Assembly: GCA_002314605.1 (NCBI GenBank)
Contig: DCGO01000095.1
Coordinates: 1-61,647 of the forward strand
Origin: Lentisphaeria bacterium UBA1776
Lineage (GTDB): Bacteria > Verrucomicrobiota > Lentisphaeria > Victivallales > Victivallaceae
Reading direction: 5' to 3'
DNA: 61,647 nucleotides
Shown: piece after piece, positions 40,580 to 50,288 of the stretch
How positions within the stretch are numbered: the first letter of the stretch is position 1
Layout: each line of letters begins with the position of its first letter
Translations under genes and position numbers: made by a program
Notes under the pieces: generated by a model
Seen by the model: only the letters and a program-made list of their open reading frames with translations
The model's database searches: none
What the model was told of the DNA's origin: nothing

Positions 40580-41986
40580 ATGGAGTATCAGGTCAAAGAT
40601 ATTTTGCTGGCCGACTTCGGCCGCAAAGAGCTGGAAATTGCCGAAAAGGAGATGCCCGGCCTGATGGCCGCCCGGGCCAAGTATGCCCGGGAACAGCCCC
40701 TGAAAGGGGTCCGGATCTCCGGAAGTCTGCACATGACCATTCAGACGGCCATGCTCATTGAGACGCTGGCGGCCCTGGGAGCGGATATCCGCTGGGCCAG
40801 CTGCAACATTTTTTCCACGCAGGACCATGCGGCGGCGGCCATTGCCAGAGACGGGATCCCCGTTTTCGCATGGAAGGGGGAGACGTTGGAGGAATACTGG
40901 GATTGCACTTACCGTGCGCTCACCTGGCCGGACGGGACGGGACCGGACCAGATCGTGGACGACGGCGGCGATGCCACGCTTCTCATCCACCGGGGCTGTC
41001 AGGCGGAGGACAATCCGGCCATGCTGGATATCCCGACCGATGTTGAGGAAATGAAGATCATCAATGCGCTTCTCAGGAAGGTATTGAAGGCGGATCCCCG
41101 GCACTGGCACAAGGTTGCCGGACGTGTCCGGGGTGTTTCCGAGGAAACCACCACGGGGGTCCACCGCCTGATTCAGATGGCGCAGAAAGGCGAGCTGCGT
41201 TTTCCGGCCATCAATGTCAACGACTCCGTGACCAAAAGCAAATTCGACAATATTTACGGCTGCCGGCACTCTCTTACCGATGGAATCAAGCGGGCGCTGG
41301 ATGTGATGATCGCCGGCAAGGTCGCCATGGTCTGCGGCTACGGCGAAGTGGGCAAGGGCTGTGCAGAGGCCATGGCGGCGGAACGGGCCCGGGTCCTGGT
41401 AAGTGAGATCGATCCCATCTGTGCATTGCAGGCCTGCATGGCCGGACTTCAGGTCTGCACGGTGGAAGATGCGCTGCCGGTGGCGGACATCTATGTTACG
41501 ACCACGGGCAACTGCCGGATCATCACCGCCGAACACATGGCGAAGATGCGGGATCAGGCCATTGTCTGCAATATCGGCCACTTTGACAACGAGATCGAAG
41601 TGGCGGAGCTGAACCGTTATCCGGGAATCGTCCGGACGGAGATCAAAGGCAGTTTCTGCCCGGTGAGCCGTTATACCTTCCCGGACGGCCACGCCATCTA
41701 TCTCCTGGCCGAGGGGCGGCTGATCAACCTCGGGTGCGCCACGGGGCACCCGTCCTTCGTCATGTCCTGCAGCTTCACCAATCAGGTCCTGGCCCAGATC
41801 GATATCGCCCGGAACCCGGAGCGGAAGGCGGGGGTTTATCTGATCAGCAAAAAGCTTGATGAGGAAGTGGCCAGGCTCCACCTGGCAAAACTGGGGGCGA
41901 AGCTCACGCATCTGACGCAGGAACAGGCCGATTACATCGGAGTTCCGGCGGACGGCCCCTTCAAATCGGAAAGTTACCGGTACTGA
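40580..41986 (+). CDS. ahcY: adenosylhomocysteinase
   Basis: 468 aa from ATG 40580. Has [72 protein letters not shown] and NIGHFDNEI. Confidence 0.97.
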   Translation: MEYQVKDILLADFGRKELEIAEKEMPGLMAARAKYAREQPLKGVRISGSLHMTIQTAMLIETLAALGADIRWASCNIFSTQDHAAAAIARDGIPVFAWKGETLEEYWDCTYRALTWPDGTGPDQIVDDGGDATLLIHRGCQAEDNPAMLDIPTDVEEMKIINALLRKVLKADPRHWHKVAGRVRGVSEETTTGVHRLIQMAQKGELRFPAINVNDSVTKSKFDNIYGCRHSLTDGIKRALDVMIAGKVAMVCGYGEVGKGCAEAMAAERARVLVSEIDPICALQACMAGLQVCTVEDALPVADIYVTTTGNCRIITAEHMAKMRDQAIVCNIGHFDNEIEVAELNRYPGIVRTEIKGSFCPVSRYTFPDGHAIYLLAEGRLINLGCATGHPSFVMSCSFTNQVLAQIDIARNPERKAGVYLISKKLDEEVARLHLAKLGAKLTHLTQEQADYIGVPADGPFKSESYRY

Positions 41987-41988
41987 AA

Positions 41989-42582
41989 ATGATTTTCGGC
42001 AGCAAAGAGCGTTATGTAGTGCACACCCTGGGAGATGAGGTGCTGCGGAAGAAAGCGGCGCCGATCCCGGCGGTGACCCCGGAGATCCGGGCTCTGGCGG
42101 ACCGGATGATCCGGACCATGCGGGTTTTTGACGGGATCGGGCTGGCGGCCCCCCAGATCGGGGAATCGCTGCAGCTGGTGGTCATTGAGATCCCCCCGGA
42201 TGCCATGGAAGGAAACCCGACGCCCGGCGAGGCGCTGCTGTACCCGAAGATGCCCCTTACGCTCATCAATCCCCGGATCCTTGAGCGCAGCGCGGAACTG
42301 GCGGCGCGGGACGAAGGGTGTCTGAGTCTGCCGGATATTTTTGCCCCGGTGATCCGGCCGGCCCGGGTGGTGCTGGATACGGACCTCATCACCGGCGAAC
42401 ATGTGACCCTGGAGTGCGGCGGTCTTTTGGGGCGCTGCATCCAGCATGAACTCGATCACCTGGACGGGGTGGTTTTTTCCGACCGGGTGGACGGCAAAAG
42501 TCTCCCGGTGATCCTCCCCGAACTCCGGCGCCTGGAGAAATACGGTGCCAGACACCACTATCTGCGCGTCATCACCAGGTAG
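41989..42582 (+). CDS. def: peptide deformylase
   Basis: 197 aa with the three deformylase motifs GIGLAAPQIG, EGCLSLP and QHELDHLDG. Starts 2 nt after ahcY. Confidence 0.93.
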   Translation: MIFGSKERYVVHTLGDEVLRKKAAPIPAVTPEIRALADRMIRTMRVFDGIGLAAPQIGESLQLVVIEIPPDAMEGNPTPGEALLYPKMPLTLINPRILERSAELAARDEGCLSLPDIFAPVIRPARVVLDTDLITGEHVTLECGGLLGRCIQHELDHLDGVVFSDRVDGKSLPVILPELRRLEKYGARHHYLRVITR

Positions 42583-42714
42583 TTTTTCCGGCGGGGTTCC
42601 CTGCATGGAAGTGCTTCCGCTGACGGGACAAAAGGCCGCATTTTGCGGAAGAATACTTTGTTTTTTTCTCAAATCCACTTATATTAAGCTTCAGGCAATT
42701 ACACAGGAGGAATT

Positions 42715-44091
42715 ATGCCGAAGATCACGTTTATGGGTGCGGGAAGCACGGTATTCGCCAAGAATGTTCTCGGGGACTGCATGTGCCGGGAGTCGCTGCA
42801 GGATTCGGAGATCGCGCTGTACGATATTGACGGGGACCGCCTCAAGGAATCCATGACCGTCCTGAATGCCCTGAATGCCAACATCAACAGAAAACGGGCG
42901 AAGATCACCCCTTACCTCGGTACCTCCAATTGCCGGAAGGCCCTCAAAAATGCGGATTTCGTGGTCAACGCCGTTCAGGTCGGCGGCTATGAGCCCTCCA
43001 CCGTCATTGATTTCGAGATCCCGAAAAAATACGGTCTGCGCCAGACCATTGCGGATACGCTCGGAATCGGCGGGATCTTCCGGGCTTTGCGGACCATCCC
43101 GGTCATGCTGGATTTCGCCCGGGACATGGAAGCGGTCTGCCCCGATGCGTGGTTTCTCAATTACACCAACCCCATGGGCATGCTCACCGGCGCTATGCTC
43201 CGGGGGACATCCGTCAAGACGGTCGGGCTCTGTCACAGCGTTCAGGTCTGCATCGACTCCCTCCTGCGTCCCCTCGGGTTCATTGACGAGGATCAGGCCG
43301 GAAAAGGGATCACCGCCGCAGATCTGGGTTATACCGGTCTCATTGCGGGGATCAACCACATGGCGTGGCTCCTTACCCTCAGGAAGGACGGCAAAGACAT
43401 CTATCCGGCCATCCGCAAAGAAGCGGCGAAATTCGTCAAAAAGGAGCGGGGACACCTGAAACATCCCGAAAAGTGCGGTGCCAATCTGGTCCGGCTGGAA
43501 ATGCTGAACCGCTTCGGATTTTACGTCACCGAATCCAGCGAACACAATGCAGAGTATGCGCCCTACTGGATCAAAAAGGCATACCCGGAACTCATCCGTG
43601 AATTCGGCATTCCGCTGGATGAATACCCCCGCCGGTGCGTGTCCCAGATCGAAGGCTGGAAAAAGCAGTACCTCGAGATCTGCGCCAAAGGCAAAGTCAC
43701 CCACAAAGTCTCCCGGGAATACGGTTCTCTCATCATGGATGCCATTACGGCCGACCGGCCCTTCCAGTTCGGCGGCAACGTGCTGAACCGGGGATTCATT
43801 GAAAATCTTCCCGCCGATGCGGTGGTGGAAGTGCCGTGTCTGGCGGACGCCAACGGGATCCGGGGGACCCATGTGGGGCGGCTGCCGGTCCAGTGTGCAG
43901 CCATGAATATGACCAACATCAATGTCCAGCTTCTTGCCGTTGAAGCGGCCCTGACCCTCAAAAAGGATTACATCTACCAGGCCGCCATGCTGGATCCCCA
44001 TACGGCGGCGGAACTCTCCATTGACGATATTGTCGCCATGTGCAACGATCTTATCAAGGCACACGGGAGCATGCTGCCCAAGTATAAATAA
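42715..44091 (+). CDS. glycoside hydrolase family 4 (NAD/Mn-dependent alpha-glucosidase/galactosidase-like)
   Basis: 458 aa. Has an N-terminal Rossmann block KITFMGAGSTVFAKNV plus NYTNPMGMLT and GLCHSVQ typical of GH4. AGGAGG lies 5 nt before the ATG. Confidence 0.85.
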   Translation: MPKITFMGAGSTVFAKNVLGDCMCRESLQDSEIALYDIDGDRLKESMTVLNALNANINRKRAKITPYLGTSNCRKALKNADFVVNAVQVGGYEPSTVIDFEIPKKYGLRQTIADTLGIGGIFRALRTIPVMLDFARDMEAVCPDAWFLNYTNPMGMLTGAMLRGTSVKTVGLCHSVQVCIDSLLRPLGFIDEDQAGKGITAADLGYTGLIAGINHMAWLLTLRKDGKDIYPAIRKEAAKFVKKERGHLKHPEKCGANLVRLEMLNRFGFYVTESSEHNAEYAPYWIKKAYPELIREFGIPLDEYPRRCVSQIEGWKKQYLEICAKGKVTHKVSREYGSLIMDAITADRPFQFGGNVLNRGFIENLPADAVVEVPCLADANGIRGTHVGRLPVQCAAMNMTNINVQLLAVEAALTLKKDYIYQAAMLDPHTAAELSIDDIVAMCNDLIKAHGSMLPKYK

Positions 44092-44132
44092 GGGGGGATC
44101 AAGCCGCCTGAACCGCCCGGCTCAATGCCGGC

Positions 44133-44150
44133 GCGGTATCAAGATACCGC
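44133..44150. terminator. hairpin between convergent genes (candidate bidirectional terminator)
   Basis: GCGGTAT-caag-ATACCGC, a perfect 7-bp stem with a 4-nt loop, between the GH4 stop (44091) and the minus-strand pilin stop (44150-44152). No strong U-tract. Confidence 0.35.
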
Positions 44151-44635
44151 TAATTGGTGATGTCGTCGGCGTTATTGGCGGTATTGTCCGGGCCAATGGA
44201 GCGAACCGTGAAAGCCTTGTGATTTGCGGTATCGGGAGAGGTGTAGAGAAGTTTGTTTCCCCAGGCATCGCAGAGTTCGCCATCGGCATCAATGTACTGC
44301 CGCAGGGATTCCAGATCCAGCATCTTGCGGAAATCTTTGACGTACCTTTCCGGCACATTGCCCCAGCGGATGTTGAGCGCGTTGTCCGCAATGTCGGCAC
44401 CGCCGGTGTCCAGCAGCTGAATGTGGTTCCCGGTTCCCAGTGCAGTCGAATAAAACCCGTGCTTGACCTTGCCGGACTCCAGGGCGGCTTCGATTTGCTT
44501 GATGACGGCCCGGGTGGCGGATTCCCTGGCGGAATTGTTGGCGTAGGAGTAGCCCCCGATGGCAATCCCGGCCAGGACCGCCAGCAGCGCCACCACCATC
44601 ACGATTTCAATCAGGGTGAAAGAAAATTTTTTCAT
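44150..44635 (-). CDS. GspG-like (major-type) pseudopilin, second copy
   Basis: 161 aa. Has the N-terminus MKKFS-FTLIEIVMVVALLAVLAGIAIG with Glu at +5, then DAWGNKLLY and SIGPDN..NNADDITN, which resemble the GspG DPWGNPY and GPDG..DDI motifs. Confidence 0.75.
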   Translation of the reverse strand: MKKFSFTLIEIVMVVALLAVLAGIAIGGYSYANNSARESATRAVIKQIEAALESGKVKHGFYSTALGTGNHIQLLDTGGADIADNALNIRWGNVPERYVKDFRKMLDLESLRQYIDADGELCDAWGNKLLYTSPDTANHKAFTVRSIGPDNTANNADDITN

Positions 44636-44646
44636 AAATAAAGTTC

Positions 44647-45255
44647 CTATTTTTTCTTTTTTTCTTCGACAAATTTCGGCTGTTTGGCCTTGGCGGCGGC
44701 TTCCTGAGCATTCAGGCGCTCAAGGACGGCTTTTTTGATGTCGGCAAGATTGTTCATCCGCTTGACGTTGGTGCATTTGACGGGGCGGCGGCTGACCGCC
44801 CAGTACTCCTTGGCGGTCTTGTTGTAATAGTCGTACCACTGACGGTATTCCTGACTGGCGGTCTGTTTATTGGCGGCCAGAAACCCGAGCTGGATCTTGG
44901 CTTTCAGCAGGGCTTCGGCATAGGCGATGTTCTGTTTGACCCAGCGGCGGGAAAGGCCGGAATCGGATTCGAGAAAATAATACTTGTCGAACCGCTTCAA
45001 ATCCAGAATGTCGAAGCGGAGTTTCGGGACCGTCACATTTTTCCCCTGCAGAAAATCCTTGGAAATGGCGGAAATCTGCAGTTTCAGATACTCGTCGGAA
45101 AGGGCGCTCTTCACCCACTGGAGTTCCATGCCGGAAAAGGTTTTGGGAACGTCCGGCGGGATCTCCACCGCCGCCTTCTTCTTCCCCCGGGGGGCGGCGG
45201 CCAGAGTGAGCGCCAGCATCAGAAGCAGCAGGAGTGAAAAAAGATGTTTCAGCAT
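44647..45255 (-). CDS. secreted Lys-rich protein of unknown function
   Basis: 202 aa with a signal peptide (LLLLLMLALTLAAAP) and a very basic C-terminal tail (AAKAKQPKFVEEKKKK). No family recognised. Embedded between the GspK-like and GspG-like genes with 11-12 nt gaps. Confidence 0.5.
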   Translation of the reverse strand: MLKHLFSLLLLLMLALTLAAAPRGKKKAAVEIPPDVPKTFSGMELQWVKSALSDEYLKLQISAISKDFLQGKNVTVPKLRFDILDLKRFDKYYFLESDSGLSRRWVKQNIAYAEALLKAKIQLGFLAANKQTASQEYRQWYDYYNKTAKEYWAVSRRPVKCTNVKRMNNLADIKKAVLERLNAQEAAAKAKQPKFVEEKKKK

Positions 45256-45267
45256 GGTTGATGATCC

Positions 45268-48261
45268 TTAATCCAGCGGTTCCAGCCGCAAAAGTTTGAC
45301 TTTCCGGTTTGCGGCATCGGTGCCGATTTCGGCGTAGAAGCGCACGGTTCCGGTGATCTCGTCAAAATAAACCCCGTTGTTTCCAATCTCAAATTTTCCG
45401 GAATAGACTGTGGCCGTTTCCGCAGCCGCACCGGGATTGTCCGGCCGCTGTTTGCTGACGGAGAAGCCGGCGGTGGTTCCGATATCCCGGATGGACTGCG
45501 CCGCCAGGATCAGCGTCACCGGGTCCGGGGGCCGGGGATAAAAGCTGACCAGACCGGATACCAGTGCGGGAATGGTTTCCTGCTGGGCGTCCGTAGTTGG
45601 GGCGACCTGGCCGTAGGCATTGTACAACTTCTGACCGCTGGCGGGGGAATAATTGACCAGTTCCGCCCGGCTGAAGAATTTCAGATCCGGCGTCGCAGCT
45701 GTATCCCGTCGGGCCAGAATATTTCCGGCGGCAACCGCCTGTGTTTCCCCAATGGCGGTCCCGGCATATTCATAATTCCAGTGATCCGGCCAGTTCCAGA
45801 CCAGTCCCCGGAAAAGTCCGGCATAAAGCAGGGTGCTTTCCACGGTATTTGCCCCAGGCGGATTGTTGATACAGAGCCGGTGGGGGACTTGGACCCGGGG
45901 GGTGAGTTTGACCTGGTCCAGAATCCCGGCATCCCCCTGTGCATAGGTATCCCCCTCATCTTCCATGCCGGAAAGAGGTGTGTCCGTGGGGACCCTTCTG
46001 GTGGCCCTTAAGTTGAGGGTCTGCCACTTGGCGGCACGGTGAATGCCTCCCAGTTCCGCAAAAGACTGCATGGGAGCGTTGCGGATATAAGCGCTGGAAA
46101 TATTTTCCGGCAATGCCGCCGATTCCATGTCCTTGTCGGCAACGGCTCCGGCACTGTTGGCCGGGTTGCAGAAATCGTTTTTGGTTTTGAACGTAAACTT
46201 TATTCCCATGGCGGCTTCGCTGCCCGCCGCGGTCCCGGTCCCGGTCCCGGTCCCGGAAACCGTTTCCGGACCGTCTCCAGATCCCGTCCCCATGGAAGCG
46301 GGGACTTCCACCGGACGCCAGTTCATGGAGGCAACCTCGGTTTGGGACCCCTGATACAGGTTTTCCCGGGGATCATCCGCCTCAAATCCGATATGGGGAT
46401 AGAAGGTCAGGGATTCATCGCTGCTGAAGGATGTATTGAGAAGCGTTGTTCCGTCTCCAAATTGCTCAAAAACCAGATCCCGGACATAATCAACACTGCC
46501 GTCGGATGTTTTCAGATGCACATTGCTGATGGAAAGTTTTTTGATTTTGACCTTGGCGTTCAGAGGGGCCGTCAATTTTATAGTGCTTTGCGGGGTGGAG
46601 AAATTCAAAGACCCGAGGGTAATGGAATTTCCTGCCGCATCGGTCAGAACCAGATTGGCATCGGGAGTTCCGTTGAGCGACAGGATTTTGTACGCATAGC
46701 GCCCGTCTGCGGTCCAGGCGGAGGCGGAACCGCTCAGGGGAATGGAAAATGCACACTTGACTTCCTGAATACGCTTTGCGTCCGCGATGGTCTGTTCCCC
46801 GTCAATGATCTCCACGGTAAACGAAAACTCCCCGGCAATGGACACATCCATATCCGGCATGGTTTCTTCATACATATTGAAGACCTCCACCGCCGCAATG
46901 CGGAGGCCGATGTCATAGCTGTACTCGTACTGGTATTGCGGCGGCTGGCCGTCGGTACCGGGAAAAGCCGTCTCCTGACGCCGGAGCGAAATGGAGGGCC
47001 CGATCATGATCTCATTGATGTACGGGGTCTTTTCATTGCCGGTATAGGTGGGAGGCGTGGTTTCCCAGTCAGCGGAATCCGAGGTGGCAATGCTGTCGGT
47101 ATCGCAGTAGTCGATCAGATTGGCGGCGATCTGCTTCCTTCTGGCGGTCAGGGTGGGATAACTTCCCTTGTCCTTGTGGATCCGGCGCAGGGCGGGGATG
47201 CTGTCAGCCGTTTTCGTGACGTCCCCCACACCCAGCACCGGCAGTGTCATACCTTCTCCGAGAAGCCGCAGGACCAGAGCGTCACTGTTTTTAATATTGC
47301 TCTCGTTACCCAGTTGCTCCCAGTCCGTCCGGGTCAGGTCGAAGCGGTGATATTTGACGTGACTTCCCGGAGTGTTGGGGTTAAAATCCTGTTTGTTGTA
47401 CGCATTGGCGTTGGCCGTGGTGTCCACGTACATATAAACTTCCTCCTCCGTGCCGCTCGGCGGCAGGAACCGGCGGATCACATTGCGCATGCCCAGGGAC
47501 AAGCTGGTCCTGCCGTTGAACATGTCCTGAAAAGTGCTGTAATCGTTGGCCCGGGCGGAATCCTGCTCTTGGCATGTTGTTTTGATGGACTCTTCCGAAG
47601 CGAAACGGTTGTCCAGATCATCCAGCTGCGTTTTCTGCCAGTCCGTCGGATTGGTCAACGTGGTATCCAGATTCAATTCCCGGATACCGAATCCCCGCCG
47701 TCTGGTCCATGTGCTTTTCGTATTCGTGGGAGAAAGGGCCGGATTTCCCCGCAGGATCTCCGAAAAATTCACCGAGCCGGTGGGGAGGATCCAGTAGGCG
47801 TACCGGCCGATGATGGTCGCATTATTGGCCCGGCGGCCGTCGGCATTGTACCCGCTCCAGAGATACTGCCACTGTTCCAAACCGGAAGCCCGGCGCTCTG
47901 TATTGTCGATGGTGGCGGTCAAAAGACTGGTGGCGGGGGTACTCAATTGATCGTTCCGGCCGGCGGCCGGGACATCCTCTTCGCCGGCTTTGAAAACCTC
48001 GGAATTGATGGAGCTCTTCAAATTGCCGATGCCGTCGGCGTCCCCTTGCTGCAGATAGTAGCGCATCAGCATCATGACCCGGTTGACGGCGGAGCGCCCC
48101 AGGAGATTCGCCTGGGTGCGGAAGCGGTAGGCGGCGGCGGTCTTCTGGGAAAGCAGCGTATTGGTGATGAAGGCGATCCCGGTGGCCAGGAGGAGGCTCA
48201 AGATCCCCAAAGAGAGCAGCAGAGCCACTCCATCCTGGCGGTGTTCTGCACGATATTTCAT
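45268..48261 (-). CDS. giant GspK-like minor pseudopilin
   Basis: 997 aa. The N-terminus HRQDGVALLLSLGILSLLLATGIAFI.. is a GspK-style hydrophobic segment without Glu+5. The gene lies directly after the J-like gene (TAATG overlap). A late block reads IRNAPMQSFAELGGI. Confidence 0.65.
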   Translation of the reverse strand: MKYRAEHRQDGVALLLSLGILSLLLATGIAFITNTLLSQKTAAAYRFRTQANLLGRSAVNRVMMLMRYYLQQGDADGIGNLKSSINSEVFKAGEEDVPAAGRNDQLSTPATSLLTATIDNTERRASGLEQWQYLWSGYNADGRRANNATIIGRYAYWILPTGSVNFSEILRGNPALSPTNTKSTWTRRRGFGIRELNLDTTLTNPTDWQKTQLDDLDNRFASEESIKTTCQEQDSARANDYSTFQDMFNGRTSLSLGMRNVIRRFLPPSGTEEEVYMYVDTTANANAYNKQDFNPNTPGSHVKYHRFDLTRTDWEQLGNESNIKNSDALVLRLLGEGMTLPVLGVGDVTKTADSIPALRRIHKDKGSYPTLTARRKQIAANLIDYCDTDSIATSDSADWETTPPTYTGNEKTPYINEIMIGPSISLRRQETAFPGTDGQPPQYQYEYSYDIGLRIAAVEVFNMYEETMPDMDVSIAGEFSFTVEIIDGEQTIADAKRIQEVKCAFSIPLSGSASAWTADGRYAYKILSLNGTPDANLVLTDAAGNSITLGSLNFSTPQSTIKLTAPLNAKVKIKKLSISNVHLKTSDGSVDYVRDLVFEQFGDGTTLLNTSFSSDESLTFYPHIGFEADDPRENLYQGSQTEVASMNWRPVEVPASMGTGSGDGPETVSGTGTGTGTAAGSEAAMGIKFTFKTKNDFCNPANSAGAVADKDMESAALPENISSAYIRNAPMQSFAELGGIHRAAKWQTLNLRATRRVPTDTPLSGMEDEGDTYAQGDAGILDQVKLTPRVQVPHRLCINNPPGANTVESTLLYAGLFRGLVWNWPDHWNYEYAGTAIGETQAVAAGNILARRDTAATPDLKFFSRAELVNYSPASGQKLYNAYGQVAPTTDAQQETIPALVSGLVSFYPRPPDPVTLILAAQSIRDIGTTAGFSVSKQRPDNPGAAAETATVYSGKFEIGNNGVYFDEITGTVRFYAEIGTDAANRKVKLLRLEPLD
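46231..46254. repeat. hexanucleotide microsatellite (GGTCCC)x4 inside the GspK-like gene
   Basis: Four perfect tandem copies read directly from the sequence. They encode (Gly-Thr)4 in SGTGTGTGTAAG on the minus strand. Confidence 0.9.
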
Positions 48262-49037
48262 TAAAACACCCCTAAGTAAATGATCCGGACAAATTCGTAT
48301 TCGTTTTCCTGACGGAACTGCAGCTGGGCGGCGTTTTCCGTCCCGGCCCCCCGCTGCGCGATCCAGGTGTCAAAGGCGTTCTTCGGCATCATTTTCAGGG
48401 TGATCTGCACCGCATGGGGGAACACTCTTGAGGAATACGCGCCGGAGTTCAGGATGTTGAACCCGCTTCCGAAGAGCCGGAATCGGAGTTCCGTAATATG
48501 CCCGACAATGGTTTCCGTGTTATTGGTGAAAACAGTGGATGCCGGACAGGCGGCAGCATTGATGAAATTCGTATTCCCGTTGTCGTTGGCCACCTTCAGC
48601 ACCTGATCGGCGATCACGCCGTTGTCAAGTTTGTTTTCCAGCCAGAAAGACATGTAAAACGCCTTCTGAAATTCCGTTGCCGATGTATGGGAGGAGGGAT
48701 AAAAGGGGGAGTTCCGTGAAAGGTTCACCGGGAAGATCAGCCGCCCGGAGGTATTGTTGTCCGCCGTGGCGCCGAACCAGAAGATCTCCTGATTGTAGGT
48801 GTCGCCGGCTGCCTGATAATAAACGCTCTGCAGTGCGCTGGACATCAGGTCCATGGCGATCCGGGCGTCCGCATACATGTTGTTTTTATCGTCCGTCCGG
48901 CTCCACAGTTTCTGGGTGTCCGTAAAGAATCCAATCACCATCATCATCATGATGGAAAAAATCGCCATGGCGACGATCAGCTCCACCAGGGTAAAGGAGG
49001 ATTTCCGGAACCTGTGTTGAATTTTTCTCATGGTCAT
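48261..49037 (-). CDS. GspJ-like minor pseudopilin
   Basis: 258 aa. Has the N-terminus ..RFRKSS-FTLVELIVAMAIFSIMMMMVIGFF (Glu+5) and sits in the J position of a G-H-I-J-K array. Confidence 0.7.
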   Translation of the reverse strand: MTMRKIQHRFRKSSFTLVELIVAMAIFSIMMMMVIGFFTDTQKLWSRTDDKNNMYADARIAMDLMSSALQSVYYQAAGDTYNQEIFWFGATADNNTSGRLIFPVNLSRNSPFYPSSHTSATEFQKAFYMSFWLENKLDNGVIADQVLKVANDNGNTNFINAAACPASTVFTNNTETIVGHITELRFRLFGSGFNILNSGAYSSRVFPHAVQITLKMMPKNAFDTWIAQRGAGTENAAQLQFRQENEYEFVRIIYLGVF

Positions 49038-49039
49038 GA

Positions 49040-49600
49040 TCAGGCTCCGTAGTCGTAAAGATCAAACCGGTAAATCTGCTTTTCCCGGTCGGCATAAGGT
49101 TTCGTCAGGGGGTAGCTCACTTCGATGAAAATGATTGCGGAACCGGTGGTCATGGAAACCGGAGCCGCCTGGCCCGGAACATGGATGAAATTGCTTTCCC
49201 TCCAGACTCTGGCTTCGGCGGCGAAATCCACCACCGATGCACCATTCACCGTATGGCTCTGCTCATACTTGAAAAGCCCCGCCGTCCCGCAATAGAATAC
49301 CGGCGTATTGGGAATATTGGTCCAGCCGATGGAGGCCGGTTCGCCCGGTTTTGCGGTAGGAAGTCCGTTCAGCAGGGTACTGGAGCGGGGAGAGGTCCCG
49401 GACCGCTGCCACTGATCGCGGATGCTGGTTTCCAGATATCCGGCAAAATACAGCGCCGCATCGGGAACGCTGTTGTCGGCGGTGGCGCTGTTGGTGGCAT
49501 TCAGCCCCACCGGGAAGAGGACCAGGATGCTGGACATGCCGATGGCGATGACCCCCAGCGCCAGCATGATCTCGATCATATTGAAGAACTGCTTTTTCAT
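49040..49600 (-). CDS. GspI-like minor pseudopilin
   Basis: 186 aa. Has the N-terminus MKKQF-FNMIEIMLALGVIAIGMSSILVLFP (Glu+5). The start overlaps the H-like stop (ATGA). Confidence 0.65.
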   Translation of the reverse strand: MKKQFFNMIEIMLALGVIAIGMSSILVLFPVGLNATNSATADNSVPDAALYFAGYLETSIRDQWQRSGTSPRSSTLLNGLPTAKPGEPASIGWTNIPNTPVFYCGTAGLFKYEQSHTVNGASVVDFAAEARVWRESNFIHVPGQAAPVSMTTGSAIIFIEVSYPLTKPYADREKQIYRFDLYDYGA

Positions 49601-50268
49601 TTGATCCTGCCGTTTTCATCAATTTCGGAAACCAGGGCACGACCGGTAAAACGGTTGACGGTGACGGCCATGACGTTGGCGGTGGCATTGCTGCCGCTCC
49701 GCTGGCTCTTATAGATATAATTGCCGTTGGACAATGTGGCCTCCCCCACGCCGATGTAGAAATTCTGATTGGGAGCGACCACGTTCCCGTAGGCGGCGTA
49801 CACGATCCCGGGGCGGGAAGCCGTCGCTCGCCCGACCACCCCGGTGATCGTCTGCAGTGCCGAGGTTCCCGGCGCGGCTCCGTTGGTGGGAAACGAGGGC
49901 TGCGTCCCTTCGCCGCCGTTGTCGAAGATCAGCATCTGGGCGTCTTCCTTCAGCGGGACCCAGTCGGAACCCTCCACCCATCCTTGAAATGCATAAGTAT
50001 TGGAAACATAGCAGTTCCGCAGCGCCTGCGTGTCGGTGAGGCCGGAAACGGTACCGCCCAAGTCAATCACCGTCGCCACGTATTTCCGGTCGTTGATGGC
50101 CCGGGCCTGGGCGAGGTCGAGAGTGTTTTTGATGAGGCCGCAGGTCACGGCCACGCTGTTCCCGTGCATCAAGGCTGAAAAGGCCGGCAGCGCCATGGCC
50201 GCCAGCATGGCCGCCAGCGCCATCACCACCATGATCTCAATTAACGTATAATGCCGAACCTCTTTCAT
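49597..50268 (-). CDS. GspH/FimT-like minor pseudopilin
   Basis: 223 aa from ATG 50268. Has the N-terminus MKEVRH-YTLIEIMVVMALAAMLAAMALPAF (Glu+5). The ORF track extends to a GTG at 50301. Confidence 0.7.
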   Translation of the reverse strand: MKEVRHYTLIEIMVVMALAAMLAAMALPAFSALMHGNSVAVTCGLIKNTLDLAQARAINDRKYVATVIDLGGTVSGLTDTQALRNCYVSNTYAFQGWVEGSDWVPLKEDAQMLIFDNGGEGTQPSFPTNGAAPGTSALQTITGVVGRATASRPGIVYAAYGNVVAPNQNFYIGVGEATLSNGNYIYKSQRSGSNATANVMAVTVNRFTGRALVSEIDENGRIK

Positions 50269-50288
50269 ACGGCCCCTGCTGTTCCGCT

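Noticed and set aside
46039-48264. 741-aa plus-strand ORF opposite the GspK-like gene. The same reasoning covers 2838-4700 opposite dxs and 23372-24877 opposite rdgC/rsmE.
   Set aside because: Same shadow-frame reasoning. The partner strand carries the recognisable gene and fits the operon structure.
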